Of a DNA stretch of 48,947 nt, positions 1 to 31,074 are shown piece after piece; position 1 is the stretch's first letter, and every line of letters begins with the position of its first letter. The notes under the pieces are model-generated. The model ran no database searches and had not been told where the DNA came from. It was given only the letters and a program-made list of their open reading frames with translations. Source of the stretch: Intoshia linei. Lineage: Eukaryota > Animalia > Orthonectida. The translations under genes were made by a program, and so were the position numbers. Where the stretch lies: assembly GCA_001642005.1 (NCBI GenBank), contig LWCA01000136.1, forward strand, positions 1-48,947, written 5' to 3'.

Positions 1-54
1 TTCCAGACGTGTGGTGATAGTACATAAAATTGCATCAGACAGTGAAAGGGTTAA
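1..54. mobile_element. Possible piggyBac-type terminus
   Basis: Ends ...CAGTGAAAGGG|TTAA, the reverse complement of a TTAA|CCC piggyBac end. No partner end lies in the window. Confidence 0.3.
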
Positions 55-300
55 GGAAGAAATCCCTTTTTACCAATATTTTTTTAAAAAATCCATTTTT
101 ATTAAAGTTTTAAAATAAAAACTACATTAATAAAGTCTGATTCCAAAAGAAAAAAATCGCTTTTACCAATATTTTTATAAAAATTCCATTTTATCCAATT
201 TTTAGATCAATAATTCTTCTGACTGATTCCATAAGAAAAAGCCTGATTTAAAAAAAAATTGATAAATCTCCTTTTACTAATATTTTTTTGAAAAACCATT
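55..300. repeat. Degenerate minisatellite-like repeat (AAAATCC-TTTTACCAA-TATTTTT units)
   Basis: The unit recurs at about 60, 155 and 265; similar units occur at about 15470-15620. Confidence 0.4.
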
Positions 301-439
301 AATCATTAATTTTTCAGTAAATAATTAAAATAATTGGACAACAGAATAAGTTCCATTAAAAACCGATTTGTTGATACATTAAAGTGGAAGACAAAAAAAA
401 TATCAGTGACTGCCTTGATTTTGTGTGCCCTTCGCTAAC

Positions 440-610
440 ATTTTGAGAAACCGGGAAAAAGTCAAGAATGTAACTTTTTGATTAAAATATTTTAAATGGA
501 CCTTAAATAAAATCTCATTTTAACTTTTCAATTTGAAATAAAATCATTATCAGATGTATTGCCCATGGACGTACATAAACGCTCTCACGGCCGCACGTTG
601 TGCAGCCCTG
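440..610 (-). mobile_element. Partial copy of the ~260 bp hAT MITE
   Basis: Reverse complement of the 33077-33340 copy (CAGGGCTGCACAACGTGCGGCCGTGAGAGCGTTTATGT). The flank GTCTATAT resembles an nTCTAGAn-type hAT target. Confidence 0.7.
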
Positions 611-699
611 GTCTATATAATGCAGTGATTCCAAACCTATGGGTATTTACCCACGATAAATAATAACAGATGAAGAGACAGTCATATAACTTTTTCAAA

Positions 700-915
700 T
701 AGTTCCAAAAATTAGAGTACTTAATTGCCAAAACGAATGCATTGGAAAATGTTATAACATTCCTTGGTAACAATCTATCAGAAATTACATGGATTTAATC
801 GAAGAGTTATTGATAAAATACCAGGAAATGCAGTCTTTGAAACATAAAAATGCATTATCTGGAATATCATTTGGATTTTTTTGCGTCAAACTGCGGTATG
901 TAGTCAGATAAAAAG
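700..915 (+). pseudogene. Frameshifted transposase relic, Chapaev3/CMC-like
   Basis: Translating across frames gives FLGNNLSE / NYMDLIEELLIKYQEM / KMHYLEYHLDFFASNCGM*SD. This matches a recalled transposase motif FLGN..NY..LV..LL..Y...MSLKIHFLHSHLDFFP.N.GAVSDE. Confidence 0.6.
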
Positions 916-1040
916 GTACCAGATGATTTATCATATTAAAAATTAATATTTAGGTGAATGAAAAGATTACACTTATTAAGAACTATGATACCTTTATAGA
1001 CGTGTAGATAAGGTAAATAAAATGCTGAAAAAAAAATATT

Positions 1041-1248
1041 TTAAATGAAAACAGCCTTAGATATAAAAAAATTACAGGTGGTAGAGAGTTGTATCCTATT
1101 AACCCACACAAAAATTTTCAATCTGAATAAGTGACGCCTTCACAGTCAAAACAGCACATTAGTATTAATATATTTTTTTTCGGAAATATTTTATTAAAAT
1201 AAAAAATCTGAAATAATTATTGGTCCGAAAATTAAAAAAAAAAATTCT
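1041..1248 (+). mobile_element. Internal fragment of the non-autonomous Helitron family
   Basis: Matches 22945-23150 (GAAAACAGCC...GTTGTATCC...GAATAAGTGACG...GGTCCGAAAATT). Confidence 0.8.
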
Positions 1249-1452
1249 AATTAATATTTTTTAGTATCAGTCAATGGTGTTTAAATTCAATAAAATTTAA
1301 ACAGATACAAGTGGTCCCTACAATCCCATATTAGTTCATGTGATGTTGATCATTTGTATCATTAAATTGATATATGAACACAAAACCTATACAAAATGTG
1401 ACCCTACTCGCAGACTCGTGCCCATCCATACAATATAAAATTCTATAATTAC

Positions 1453-3873
1453 TTTTAAAAATATTCAGAATACATTGCAAATTAAGATGATTTGAAAGAA
1501 ATTTAGCATTATCGTGAGCCGATCCAAAATTGGTTCTAATATCATCATCCACTAAAAATATAAAACCTAATCGACATAGAGCAACAATGCATAATTGTTT
1601 GTCATTGGGATGCAATTTTTTGAAATTGTAAAATTGATATTCATTTTCCAGCACATTTTCTGATGATTTTGATTCAATTTCTAAATCTCCTTTGGTAGTA
1701 CTGAGACGTTTAAAACATTGAGTATTTATTGTATCAAAAAATGCGACAATAATGGACAAAACATTTAATTCTTTAAAAATCATTCTATTAGTTTCATTAT
1801 TATCACAAAAATTTACAACACATTCACAAGCTTCAATAAAATAGGCAGTATAAATTCCACCATGAGCCATAGGCAAATAATTAAAAACCTTTACATCAAA
1901 TCTTCTCTTGTTATCAACAAATTCTTGATATGTATTTGCAGAAACATTTAATTCGTCATCAACGAAGCCTAAACTATTGTACAACTCTACATCGTCTCTA
2001 GCGCATTCAGCATTTATTACTTTTAGAAGATACTTTGCAATCTGGTGAGTCATAAAATCAGAATTTGATCGACAAATACATCTAAATTTTAAAATACAAA
2101 ATAATTTTACAAACAGGACCTAGGTCTGCCGATGGCACATTTTTATTATACCAAAAAAATAAATTCACGTTGCAAATCTAACTTAAAAATCCTACTATTC
2201 ACTATTATCAATCTTTTAAAGGAGTGGTTCCCAAATTTGTGTCAGGTGGAACCATCATATCACATTACTTTTTACTTTAAAGTGAATTATTCCACTTAAT
2301 TTTTTGTTTGTTAACATTTGTGTAAAAGAATTTTAAAAACAATTTTTTATCCCATTTTTTTAATTTAATCAACAGAATATATGTATAATATTAAAAATAA
2401 AGTAAACACAGTCCAATCCTAAAAATCCAATCCAATATGATACTAATTATGCATATAAATAAATAAAAATAATAAGGACAGTTCAGTTATGTCTTCAAAT
2501 ATCTATATAAAATTTTTTCACTGATGAATGTTTCAATTGTTAAAATAATTTATATATTCGATAATTTTATTGTTAAAATATAAATTAAAAATGGTTGTAA
2601 ACGTGATAGTGATGAATTAAATAGATTAACGCTGATAATTATCAATAAATTTTTAAATTTAACACGAAACCCAATAATAAGAATTATCAATAAATGAACT
2701 AAGAAATAAAATGAAAACTTTAAATGAAAAGACGCGGGGGTTTTTTTGTATGAAAATGGAAAATATTCACATCATTCCGCAGCCAATTAAATGGAGATTA
2801 TTATCTATGTCTTTTACATTTCAAAAAGAGTCAAAAATGGAATCCATTATAGAAGAACGAAAAATAGTTATATTTAAAGTAATTAATTTTTTATTACAAA
2901 TTTACCTCAATCCCGTCAAACAATCCAATTGAATTTCTCGCACAGTTAAACCAAGAATCATTAAATGATGAACTTTGAGATCAATTCCATAAACTCTATA
3001 ATTTAAATATTTGTTGCAAAACAATTTAATCGTGTCCATACAATCCATAAATTCTTTTATAACCTTTTTGTTTATTTTTTCAAAATAGTATTGACAATTT
3101 TTAAACTGTAATTCTTTTTGATCGAGAGGTTTTTTTTCATCATTTGCGGAATCAAATATTTTATCAATAATTGAAAAGTCAACGGGAATTTCATGTGATT
3201 TAAATAAATTGTTTAAATTAGTAATTTTTTCTTCAAAATTTAATTTATTTACTCGATTTAGAATGAGAAATGAGGTATTGTACTTCTAAACAATATATTT
3301 TATATCAGGATGCAAATTTACAATAACATAATGTTTACTCTTTTTTGAGACAAGGATGAAAAAGTAAATCTCTTACTTTATGGCTGAAGGCGAACACAGG
3401 GACCCATTATGACCATTGCCACCTTTAGGGCACAGTTTCTTATCTTTCTTATCACGGACCAGTAATTTATTATGAAATTTGTTACAAACAACGAAAACGA
3501 AATCACTATGAAAAATTTAAAAAAATACGATATATTTTTAATTTCTTGAATTTTAAATAAATTTTCCTGGGCCGGTAAAATTATTTCAAGGACCGGCATT
3601 TGGAATCGCATAATTAAGGTATCACGAAAAATTTTTCGGAAAATAGATTTTATTAACACGGGGAAACGTTGAAATTGTATACGATTTAACTAGTTGGATT
3701 AATTTTTCACCGTTGTATATAATATGTAGAAAGAATAAAATGGTGAATTTTACTTGGATTTCCATTTGAATTTTAACATCCTTAGCGGCAGCTTCGTAGT
3801 CAATCTCCAAAAATTCCATGTGCTCTTTCACCATACTATCGAATTCATTTTGCTTTGCCACACGAGATATCAT
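1453..3873 (-). CDS. ARMC6: Armadillo repeat-containing protein 6 (divergent), 5' three exons; 3' part not found in the window
   Basis: Exons 3873-3754, 3285-2906 and 2081-1453 join with consistent phases at GT/AG sites. N-terminus MISRVAKQNEFDSMVKEHMEFLEIDYEAAAKDVKIQMEIQ resembles the ARMC6 start (QETFDAAVRENIEEF...EAVEQFESQ). LVDDDIRTNFGSAHDNAK matches the ARMC6 signature DDDIRVPFGHAHNHAK. The donor at 1452 is the least certain boundary. Confidence 0.8.
2108..2470 (-). mobile_element. Helitron subterminal fragment truncated within the 3' hairpin (ARMC6 intron 2)
   Basis: Reverse complement of about 23640-23980 and 29760-29930 (...GGCAGACCTAGGTCCTGTTTGTA). Confidence 0.8.
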
Positions 3874-4000
3874 TTATGACTTGTTAGTTGTTACCATTTA
3901 TATTTGTTTATTACCAAGGTAGATTGTTGGTAAAATAAACCTTGCATTTTGAATTTAAATATAAACTAATGTTTTTCAACTGTCTTAGAATTTTTCAATA

Positions 4001-4895
4001 TCCTTACTTATATAATATGCTACGCGATTTCTGTTTGTGTGTGTATTCCACTTTATTTAAATAATTATCCGTCTTAGAATTTTATAAATTCCACATTTCA
4101 ATGACAGTTTTTTTCCGGCGTGTTCGCAAAATAAATTTCAACCTCCCAAATTCACATCTTACGGGTTAAAAACACAATTGTACCTTTTTTTTGAAATCAA
4201 ACGAGATGGAGAATTTAAAAAAATATATATGCTGATACGGATTTTAAAATCATAAACATTATCATAAATTTAAATTTAAAATTACATCTTCAGAGCCAAA
4301 ACCACAAATTACCTTTCTTTTTTTAATAAAGATAGCCTAGAATTTAAAAAAATTTACAGGTATACAATTGTATCTTGTTAACACACACAAAAAATTTCAA
4401 TCCGAATAAGTGACGAATTCACAGTCAAAAAAGCATTTTAGTATTCATATATGTTTAATTCCGAAATATTTTATTCACAAAAAATGTGAAATAATTAACG
4501 GTCCGAAAATAAAAAGAAAAAATTATTCTGATAGAGCTTATTCCAGTTGATATAAATACAAAATTTCAACCCCAGAAATCTACGCATTCCCGGTGAAAAA
4601 TAATTTTTAATATATTATCAACCAATATTTTTCAAATATTTCGATTAAAATAAAAATTGAAAATGTAAATATTGATCTACAATTTCAAAAAAAAATGTGC
4701 AGTGAACGTTTACACATTTCCAATAAAGAAATATGGGTTAAAATCTATATTATTCATTCCTTCGAAATTTTTTTCATTGCTACGCAATTCTTAAATTTCA
4801 AATTCTAATTTTCAAAACATTTTTATTAAAACTTTAAAATTTAAATAAGTCCTGGCTAGGTCCTGTTTGTACGTAGTAAATAACAGTCAACCTAG
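4001..4895 (+). mobile_element. Non-autonomous Helitron with both termini intact (895 bp)
   Basis: A|TCCTTACTTATATAATATGC start; 3' hairpin CTGTTTGTAC-GTA-GTAAATAACAG, then TCAACCTAG|T; no TSD. Confidence 0.88.
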
Positions 4896-5134
4896 TATCT
4901 TATATTCTTATTCACATATATATTAACAAAAAGACTTATAGAACAAAAGGATTAGTATTCTGTTTTAAATATCGGTACAATACAAATTTGATAATATACA
5001 CACAAAATTTGCGTTGCAATTGGACAAAAAAGTATAACAACTTGTCTAAAATAAAATAAATTTACGAATTGCTAAACTAAACATAACTTTATATTTTTAA
5101 TATATTGCTAGTAACCAAATATTTTTTCGCTCGC

Positions 5135-8100
5135 ATGTCGCGTTATAATTTTAAAAAAATAACTGTCGTTCCTTCTTCAAAGGTATCTGCTTAATGAATG
5201 AATTATAAAATATAATTTTAGGATTTTATAGATGTTGTTTTATCTAAAACCCAACGTAAAACTCCCACCGTAATACACAAAACTTTACCAATTGTTAGAA
5301 TTCGAGCTTTTTATTTAAGGAAAATACGATTTGCTCAACAATCATATCACGATAAATTGACCAAAATTATTAATCAATTTCCAATTGTTGATGTAATTTT
5401 AATAATTTTAATTGTAGTATAAAGCAGTGTTTTTTAACCTGGGCGATGCGGAAATATATAAAAAAATATATTTATTTTTTTCAACAAATTAAATTTTCAA
5501 TTTTATCAAATAAAAAAAAATTGAATTAAGAATTATTAAGAGTTTGACAATATAAGTTATTTAACACTAATTATTTGTGTAGTAAGTATGTTGCCTTTTA
5601 TATTTCAATAAAATTTAGTTATGCTTGCTTCTAAAAAATATGTTCGTGTATATTCTATCGATTATTTAAAATTTGGTTATATCGAATCTAGTGTTTTGAA
5701 ACAATTACCGTTCTGTTTGTTGTGTCATAACTTATGACTCATAAGTAAAGCGGCCAAAAGTTAATTTTTGTTATGTTTATCGGCTGAAATTACAAGCATG
5801 ATGATATTAATATTATTTATATTAATTAACTAATTAAAATTTGACAAATTTACAAAAGTTACATTTTTATAATAAAAGTTAATAAAGTTACATAGTGAAA
5901 ATAGTGATTTTAAAGTACATTTTTTTATAATATAAATATCGTTATATTAAAAATTATTTACATTCACTTGCGATTTAACAAGTCATTTTAATTTTATATT
6001 ATTTATATGACATAGATTGATATAGTATTATTATTAGAATGCCAAATTTTCCTAAAACTCGATCTGAAAAGATATCAATTTGAAAAAAAATATATTGCAA
6101 AATAGAAATTTACATTTGCCAATTTGAAGTTACATAATTTTTTTTATTTTATAGGTTAAAAAAACCGCCCTACTCATAAGACGTCAAACGAAGCTATTAT
6201 TTTTTAGAAACAAAATATATTTTTGATTAATTTTTCAATAGAAGAATGAACATTTAAGTTAAATTTCAATTTATAAGTTTATTTAGTTTTGAAAAGTACG
6301 ACTTTGGAACAGTGCCAAAAGTCGTACTTCTGGTCGCACTACTATAGTTGGAAAATAGAATGCTAATAAGTTTTAATACTAGCTTGGCTGTTATGTACTT
6401 CGTACAAATAGCAGCTTGTTATGCCGAAGGCGGAATTTTGAATAATAATTTTTCAATTGTTTTTATACGATAAGTGTATTATCTTAAAAATAAAATCAAA
6501 ACAATACAAAAAGAGTTAAAACCCTAAAATATCTGACGAATGAACTTCATGAATTCCAGAAAAATATAATTTATAAATAGTCAGACTTGTTGATAGTGAA
6601 CTTAACTGATATTACTATACTAACTTGACTTATACAGAAAATAAACTTAGATTCATGATTAATGTTTCATTTTACGGTTATTTTCATTGTTCATTATAAT
6701 TTTATAGTGGACATTAAAAAAATTTGGAACCAAATGTTCACTATTTACAAGTCTGACTGTACCTAAATTATAATACTACTACTTCAAAACTCGTAATGTG
6801 TTAAAATATATTGAGCATCTTCTTTTTATAATTTATAAATATTTTCTATCAATAATTGAGCCAATTTAAAAACATTCTGAGGTTGATAAAATATTACTAA
6901 AATTGAAATAAATCTTAAAGTTGTTTTACTTACGTTGATTATAATTTGTAAACTTTAAAACTATTTGATAATGAGAAATTGAGTAACAATCATAAAAAAC
7001 ACAAAAATCAAAAGTAGACATCAATTTACGAGATTGAAACCATATTTCTGTATTACAAGTATCTATACGGTCAATTCTCACTTTTTTTGAAATTGTAGGA
7101 TGAATATTTATAATTTTCAAAATATGGGTTGATATTGGTATATTAAAAATTATTTTTAATCGAGACCCCATTAAACTTTTGAGGCTGACATATTTACTCT
7201 AGATCGGTGGTTCACGGTTCAAATTGTTTATGCATCCCCAGTTTAAAATATTTACTTTTTTTGGACCACAAAGGAAGCATAAATATATAACATGAAAAAA
7301 TTAATCATTAAGTAGATTTTTCAAAAAAATGTCAGTAATAGTCCTCCATTTAAAAAAAATCGCTAAAATTCGATTTTTTTCCGGAGAGTTTAAAAAGGTA
7401 TTTTTTATTAAATTTTATCAATAGAAGAAATAAAAGTGAAATTTTTGAAATAATAATGTAGCGGTTGTCTAGACTTTGACATAAATGTTCAACATCTGGC
7501 AACTGGCTTAATCGATAGTTCATTATCTAAAAATTTAAAATAAACGTTGGAAATCGCATTGGTTATCGAAATTTTGGTATACGTAAGAAATTTTTAAACA
7601 TTAATGCATTGAAAAACTATGCCCTCATGATTGTAAGCCGGAACATATTACGTATGTATCAGGCCCTAGCCTCCTCTCCACGGTCTTGCCCCCAGGACCA
7701 TAACCGGGAACCACTGGAATAAACTATATCCGAATAATCTCTAACTTTTAATTTTAATTTTAATTTTCACTATTTGGAATTTATGTTTTAATTTAAACTT
7801 GTATAATTTTATGAAAATAGGGATATAACATAATTAAATATAAATATTTAGGACATACACCCATTTTATGCAGATCTTATTAACGTTTTATACGACAGAG
7901 ATCACTATAAATTGGCATTGGGTCAAGTTAACATTGCAAGAGCACTTATTGATAAGTAAATTAAATAAAAATGTAGATATTAATTTGTAAATCATCCTTT
8001 AGACTTTCCAAAGAATACCAAAAATTGATGAAATATGCAGATTCACTTTATAGGTGTAAACTGTTAAAAATTGCTGCTCTAGGGAGGTTTTAAATATTAT

Positions 8101-10192
8101 ATAAAAATTGATTATTTAATAGAATGGTAAAAATTATTAAAAAACAGTCTAAAAGTTTGGATTATCTGGAACAAGTAAGGCAGCATTTATCACGTTTTCC
8201 TTCAATCGATCCAAATTCGAGAACCATTATCCTGTGTGGGTTTCCCAATGTGGGAAAATCAAGTTTCATAAATAAGGTATTTCAATGATTGGTATTATTC
8301 GAAATCAATTTTAGATTACACGAGCCAATGTTGAAGTTCAACCATATGCATTTACTACAAAGTCATTGTATGTCGGACATACAGACTATCGATATTTGAG
8401 ATGGCAAGTCATAGACACCCCAGGAATATTAGATCATGAACTGGAAGAAAGAAATACAATTGAAATGCAATCAGTTACTGCTTTAGCCCATTTAAAGTCT
8501 GCTATAATTTATTTTATGGACCTTTCCGAGACTTGTGGACAGTCTATATCAGCTCAAATTTCACTGTTAAACAACATTAGACCTCTGTTTCATGACAAAC
8601 CAATTATAATTGCTTTAAACAAAACAGACTTGAAAACAATTCATGATATAGACGAAACTGATGAGGTAACTTATTTATGACAATTAATGATTAATTTAGC
8701 AAACTTTGCGAGATTTGGAAAAGGAGGGATTAAAATTAATGGAATTATCGACAATAGAAGACAATGGAATATCTGAAATTAAATCTACTATTTGTGACAT
8801 GTTGTTGGCTAAACGAGTTGAAGAAAAGTTGAAAAAACATAGTGCTGATAGGGCTGTTGATCAATTGGTCGTTTCTAAGCCGGGAAAAATTCCAGAGAAT
8901 GTACATTATAATTTTTTAAATATTTGGATAATACATGTTTTGATCGATTTTTATTGTCATTGAAGTAGCACTTTTAAATTAATTGATTGTTTCATAAATA
9001 TTCAATAATCTTTGAGGAAATGGATTAAAATTTTAATATTAATTCAGTGTCAATTCGAGTTGTTTAGTTTAATTAAGTGGTTGAATTAAAAATATTTTTG
9101 AGGGGACGATGGATGAGGAAATAAGTAAATTAAAATACCAAAAATAAGTTTTTTTTAGAGACTACCAATTATACCGGACTGTGTGACCGAGAAATTAAAT
9201 GATTTAGACGAAGGAATGAAATCAAATAGAGTTCTGGTTTGTTTTGTTTTTATTTATTATTCAGTTAATTTTTTAGGAAAAGGATATAGAAGACGAACAA
9301 GGACGAGACTATCTTTTGGATCTTAAAAGTAAAATGTGTTGATTTTAAACATTAAATTTTAGAAAAATTTATATTACCAAATAAAAATGAAGCGTATGAC
9401 GCAATTCCTGAAATAATAAACGGGAAAAATATTATCGATTTTGCTGATATAAATATTGTTGAAGTAAGCCATTTAAAGTGATAATTCAATTAATTTAATT
9501 AGAATTTAAAACAATTACAAATGAAAGAATCAGAAAGAAAAATACTGAATTTTTACGATATTAACACTACACATACGCCTCAAGATATTGATATTCAAAA
9601 TTTAGCTAAAAGGTAAATGTGTAATTGCAATAATTAATTATTTTAGAATTCGTGAAAAACGTATTACTAAAATTAAAGAATCACGGCTCAACGACAATGC
9701 CCAAAAACCTCGACTGCCTAGATCAGCCTTAAAAATTAATATTAATAAAATGCAACGGGAAATGTCAAATTTGGGTGTAATTATCGATAAGAATGGAGGC
9801 AAGGTTGAAGTAGGAATTTTTAATAGTTTCATATTGATGCATTTATTTAGAAACACTTTATCAAATCACGTACAAAGTCTATAAAGAGAGACAAAGGTAA
9901 AAAGGTCTTGTATGAAAACATAAAGATGGATAAAGCACGTAGTATGAGCATGATTCAACCCCAGCATGACTTGGAAGGATTGCGAGATGAAGATGTATAT
10001 ATTAAAGTAGTGCTGTTTTTAATTTGGTAAATTAATTAGATGCGTCAAAAATCAATATCGATTATGCACTACTCACAACGAGCTAGGAATCAAGATTCCA
10101 GGAAAGGAGAGGGAGACAGACATGTTTATACAAAACGGCCAAAACATTTGTTTTCTGGAAAACGCAAGAGCGGAAAGACCCAAAGACGATAA
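5135..10192 (+). CDS. GTPBP4: Nucleolar GTP-binding protein 1 (NOG1), about 637 aa, 14 exons
   Basis: Exons 5135-5182, 5222-5392, 7852-7955, 8003-8086, 8123-8276, 8315-8665, 8700-8900, 9159-9236, 9277-9328, 9363-9463, 9503-9612, 9647-9809, 9851-9994, 10040-10192. Motifs: [36 protein letters not shown]1 [31 protein letters not shown] and the C-terminal [17 protein letters not shown]. Confidence 0.97.
6379..6432 (-). mobile_element. Solo Helitron 3' terminus (variant B)
   Basis: The minus strand reads GCTATTTGTACGAAGTACATAACAGCCAAGCTAG|T. Confidence 0.7.
6578..6759. mobile_element. Tc1/pogo-type MITE
   Basis: Terminal inverted repeats of about 23 bp, AGTCAGACTTGTTGATAGTGAAC / GTTCACTATTTACAAGTCTGACTG, followed by TA on the right. 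Confidence 0.75.
7206..7470 (+). repeat. Dispersed repeat (likely hAT-derived), inverted paralog at about 15385-15718
   Basis: Shared segments GTGGT...TTCAAAT, AAAATATTTA.TTTTTTGGACCA and TTGAAATAATAATGTAG.GGTTGTCTA. Confidence 0.6.
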
Positions 10193-10662
10193 TTCCGTCA
10201 GTTTCATGTAAATTAAAATTTGATACTAATGTGTAGATCTAATTTGAAATATAAGTTATTCCGTATTAACCTCGATATTATACTATCCAGTTTTACACCT
10301 ATTAAATTTGATATTTCGTATTTTCTTGTTTTGTGTAAATGTAATGCTCTAGGAATATCTTTCCACTGAGTTGTATAATCGATAAAAGTCAGCATCTGTT
10401 TTACTGCGTTTAGTGTACCTACTGGGCGTAACTATTTGATTCCAGTTTAAGATAAACTCCGGTTAATGTGAATGAAACAGCTCTAATAGAATTACATTTA
10501 TTTTTCATTTAACGATTGATTTTTCAATCACTAAAAACTTTAATTATTTTTTAAATGTTGAAAATTGTATCGTGCGTATTTATTAGTATTGAATCGTGCC
10601 GTGTTACTTGGACTTGAAATTTATATTTTTTTGAACCCGTAGACACTGATTTGCTTCCAGTC

Positions 10663-20163
<9,501 letters not shown>

Positions 20164-20501
20164 CCTGTGCACATACTGTATGTAACCAAAATAAATTTTA
20201 ATTTTAACATTATTACAATTGCTACAATCATTGAGCCATTTTAATAATCAAATATAAAAATACAAGTAAACCTTATTCTGACTACAATATAGATTTTTTA
20301 GTGAAATGACATATATTAGTATTGAACAATTAAATAACGTAGAATGAAATGAACCAAATTAAAATTTTTAAACCAAATTTAGTTGTGGTATAATAATTGT
20401 ATATTTGGGTTAATGTAGTAGTAATAGTGAAACATTCTAATCTAATTTTAAAACCAAAACAACAAAATTTCATTTTTGTTTTATAAAAATTTTTACAGTC
20501 A

Positions 20502-21493
20502 ATGTCAGCTAGACACAGATCAGGAAAATCGCGCTCAGGTAAGAGAGATGTAATTTGGGCATTTGGTTATGGTAGCAATATGGATATAGAATCTGTAATG
20601 CACGGCAAGCACGCCAATGTGATTGAATCTAGGCCCAGTATACTGAATGAATGGAAAATAACATTCAATTTGGTGGGAATTGATCATGTCGAACCAGCAT
20701 ACGCGTGTATTAACAAAGGAGGTAATATTTTTTATAAATAAGTATAACATTAAATTAGATAAATCCGACGTTGTGCATGGCGTTTCGTTTTGCATGACAT
20801 TAGATTCAATGAAAGAAATGGATGAAACTGAATCTGGGTATGTTAAAGAAATGGTTGATTTATTCGATTACGATGGTAATAAATTGCGAGGATTTGTATA
20901 TGTATTAAAACCTGGCATCAACTTGTCTGAGACTGTTTTACCATCAAAAAGATATATTAATTTAATGATTCGAGCTGCCGAAAAGTCTGAACTTAAATCT
21001 GAATATATTGATAAATTGAAAGCTGAGAAAACATACATGACTCCGCAAGATGTTTTAAAAAAACGAGAAGACGTGAAAAACCCTAAAGACTATCCGTAAA
21101 CATTTTCGTAGACATTTATAAATATACATTTTTAGAGTATTAGATTTGAATGAATTGAGCAAACACAACGGAGACAATGATTCTACCGTATGGGTTTCAG
21201 TACTTGGATACATTTTTGAAACATCAAGTATATTCAAGAGCCACAAAGGTAGAGATATAACAACCCGAGCCCTACTTCAATTTAATGCTTTTGGTCTTGA
21301 TGATAACGACGATAAAGGACAACCTCCATATCCCATTATTAAAGATTTGAGTGATGATGAAAAGGAATACGTTCATCAATGGAGAGACCATTATTTAATG
21401 CGAGATGAAAAATCAAAAATTGTAGGATATCTCAAGGAATTTTTTGAACAACAAAAATCTGGAAAAACTACATGGACTCTTCCCAAAGTTTAG
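20502..21493 (+). CDS. Gamma-glutamylcyclotransferase (GGCT/AIG2-like) domain fused to a C-terminal MAPR-type cytochrome b5-like heme/steroid-binding domain, about 304 aa
   Basis: Exons 20502-20721, 20759-21095 and 21136-21493 (introns 37 and 40 nt, phases consistent, 915 nt total). GGCT-like motifs: AFGYGSNM, VHGVSF, MDETESGY, PSKRYINLMIRAA. b5/MAPR-like motifs: LNELSKHNG, VWVSVLGYIFE, GRDIT, DLSDDEKEYVHQW, IVGYL. Confidence 0.8.
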
Positions 21494-21550
21494 GTCTCAA
21501 AATAGTATAATATTAATATTATATTTAATTTAAAATAAAAATTATTCTAC

Positions 21551-31074
<9,524 letters not shown>

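Noticed and set aside
780-850. NRRVIDKIPGN as a Helitron PIF1 helicase remnant
   Set aside because: The match is short, and the overlapping frames fit a Chapaev-like transposase motif better.
1331-2053. 240-aa ORF as a standalone PIN-like nuclease or Helitron cargo gene (HPNDKQL...LVDDD)
   Set aside because: The frame opens at a splice acceptor (2082) in phase with upstream exons, and DDDIRTNFGSAH is the ARMC6 motif.
6294-6329. Hairpin AAGTACGACTTT...AAAGTCGTACTT
   Set aside because: Single isolated palindrome in a TE-rich intron with no ncRNA box motifs; probably transposon debris.
7630-7720. GC-rich patch in NOG1 intron 2 as an intronic snoRNA
   Set aside because: No convincing C/D or H/ACA box pairing; it ends in GGGAACCACTG, a hAT-like terminus.
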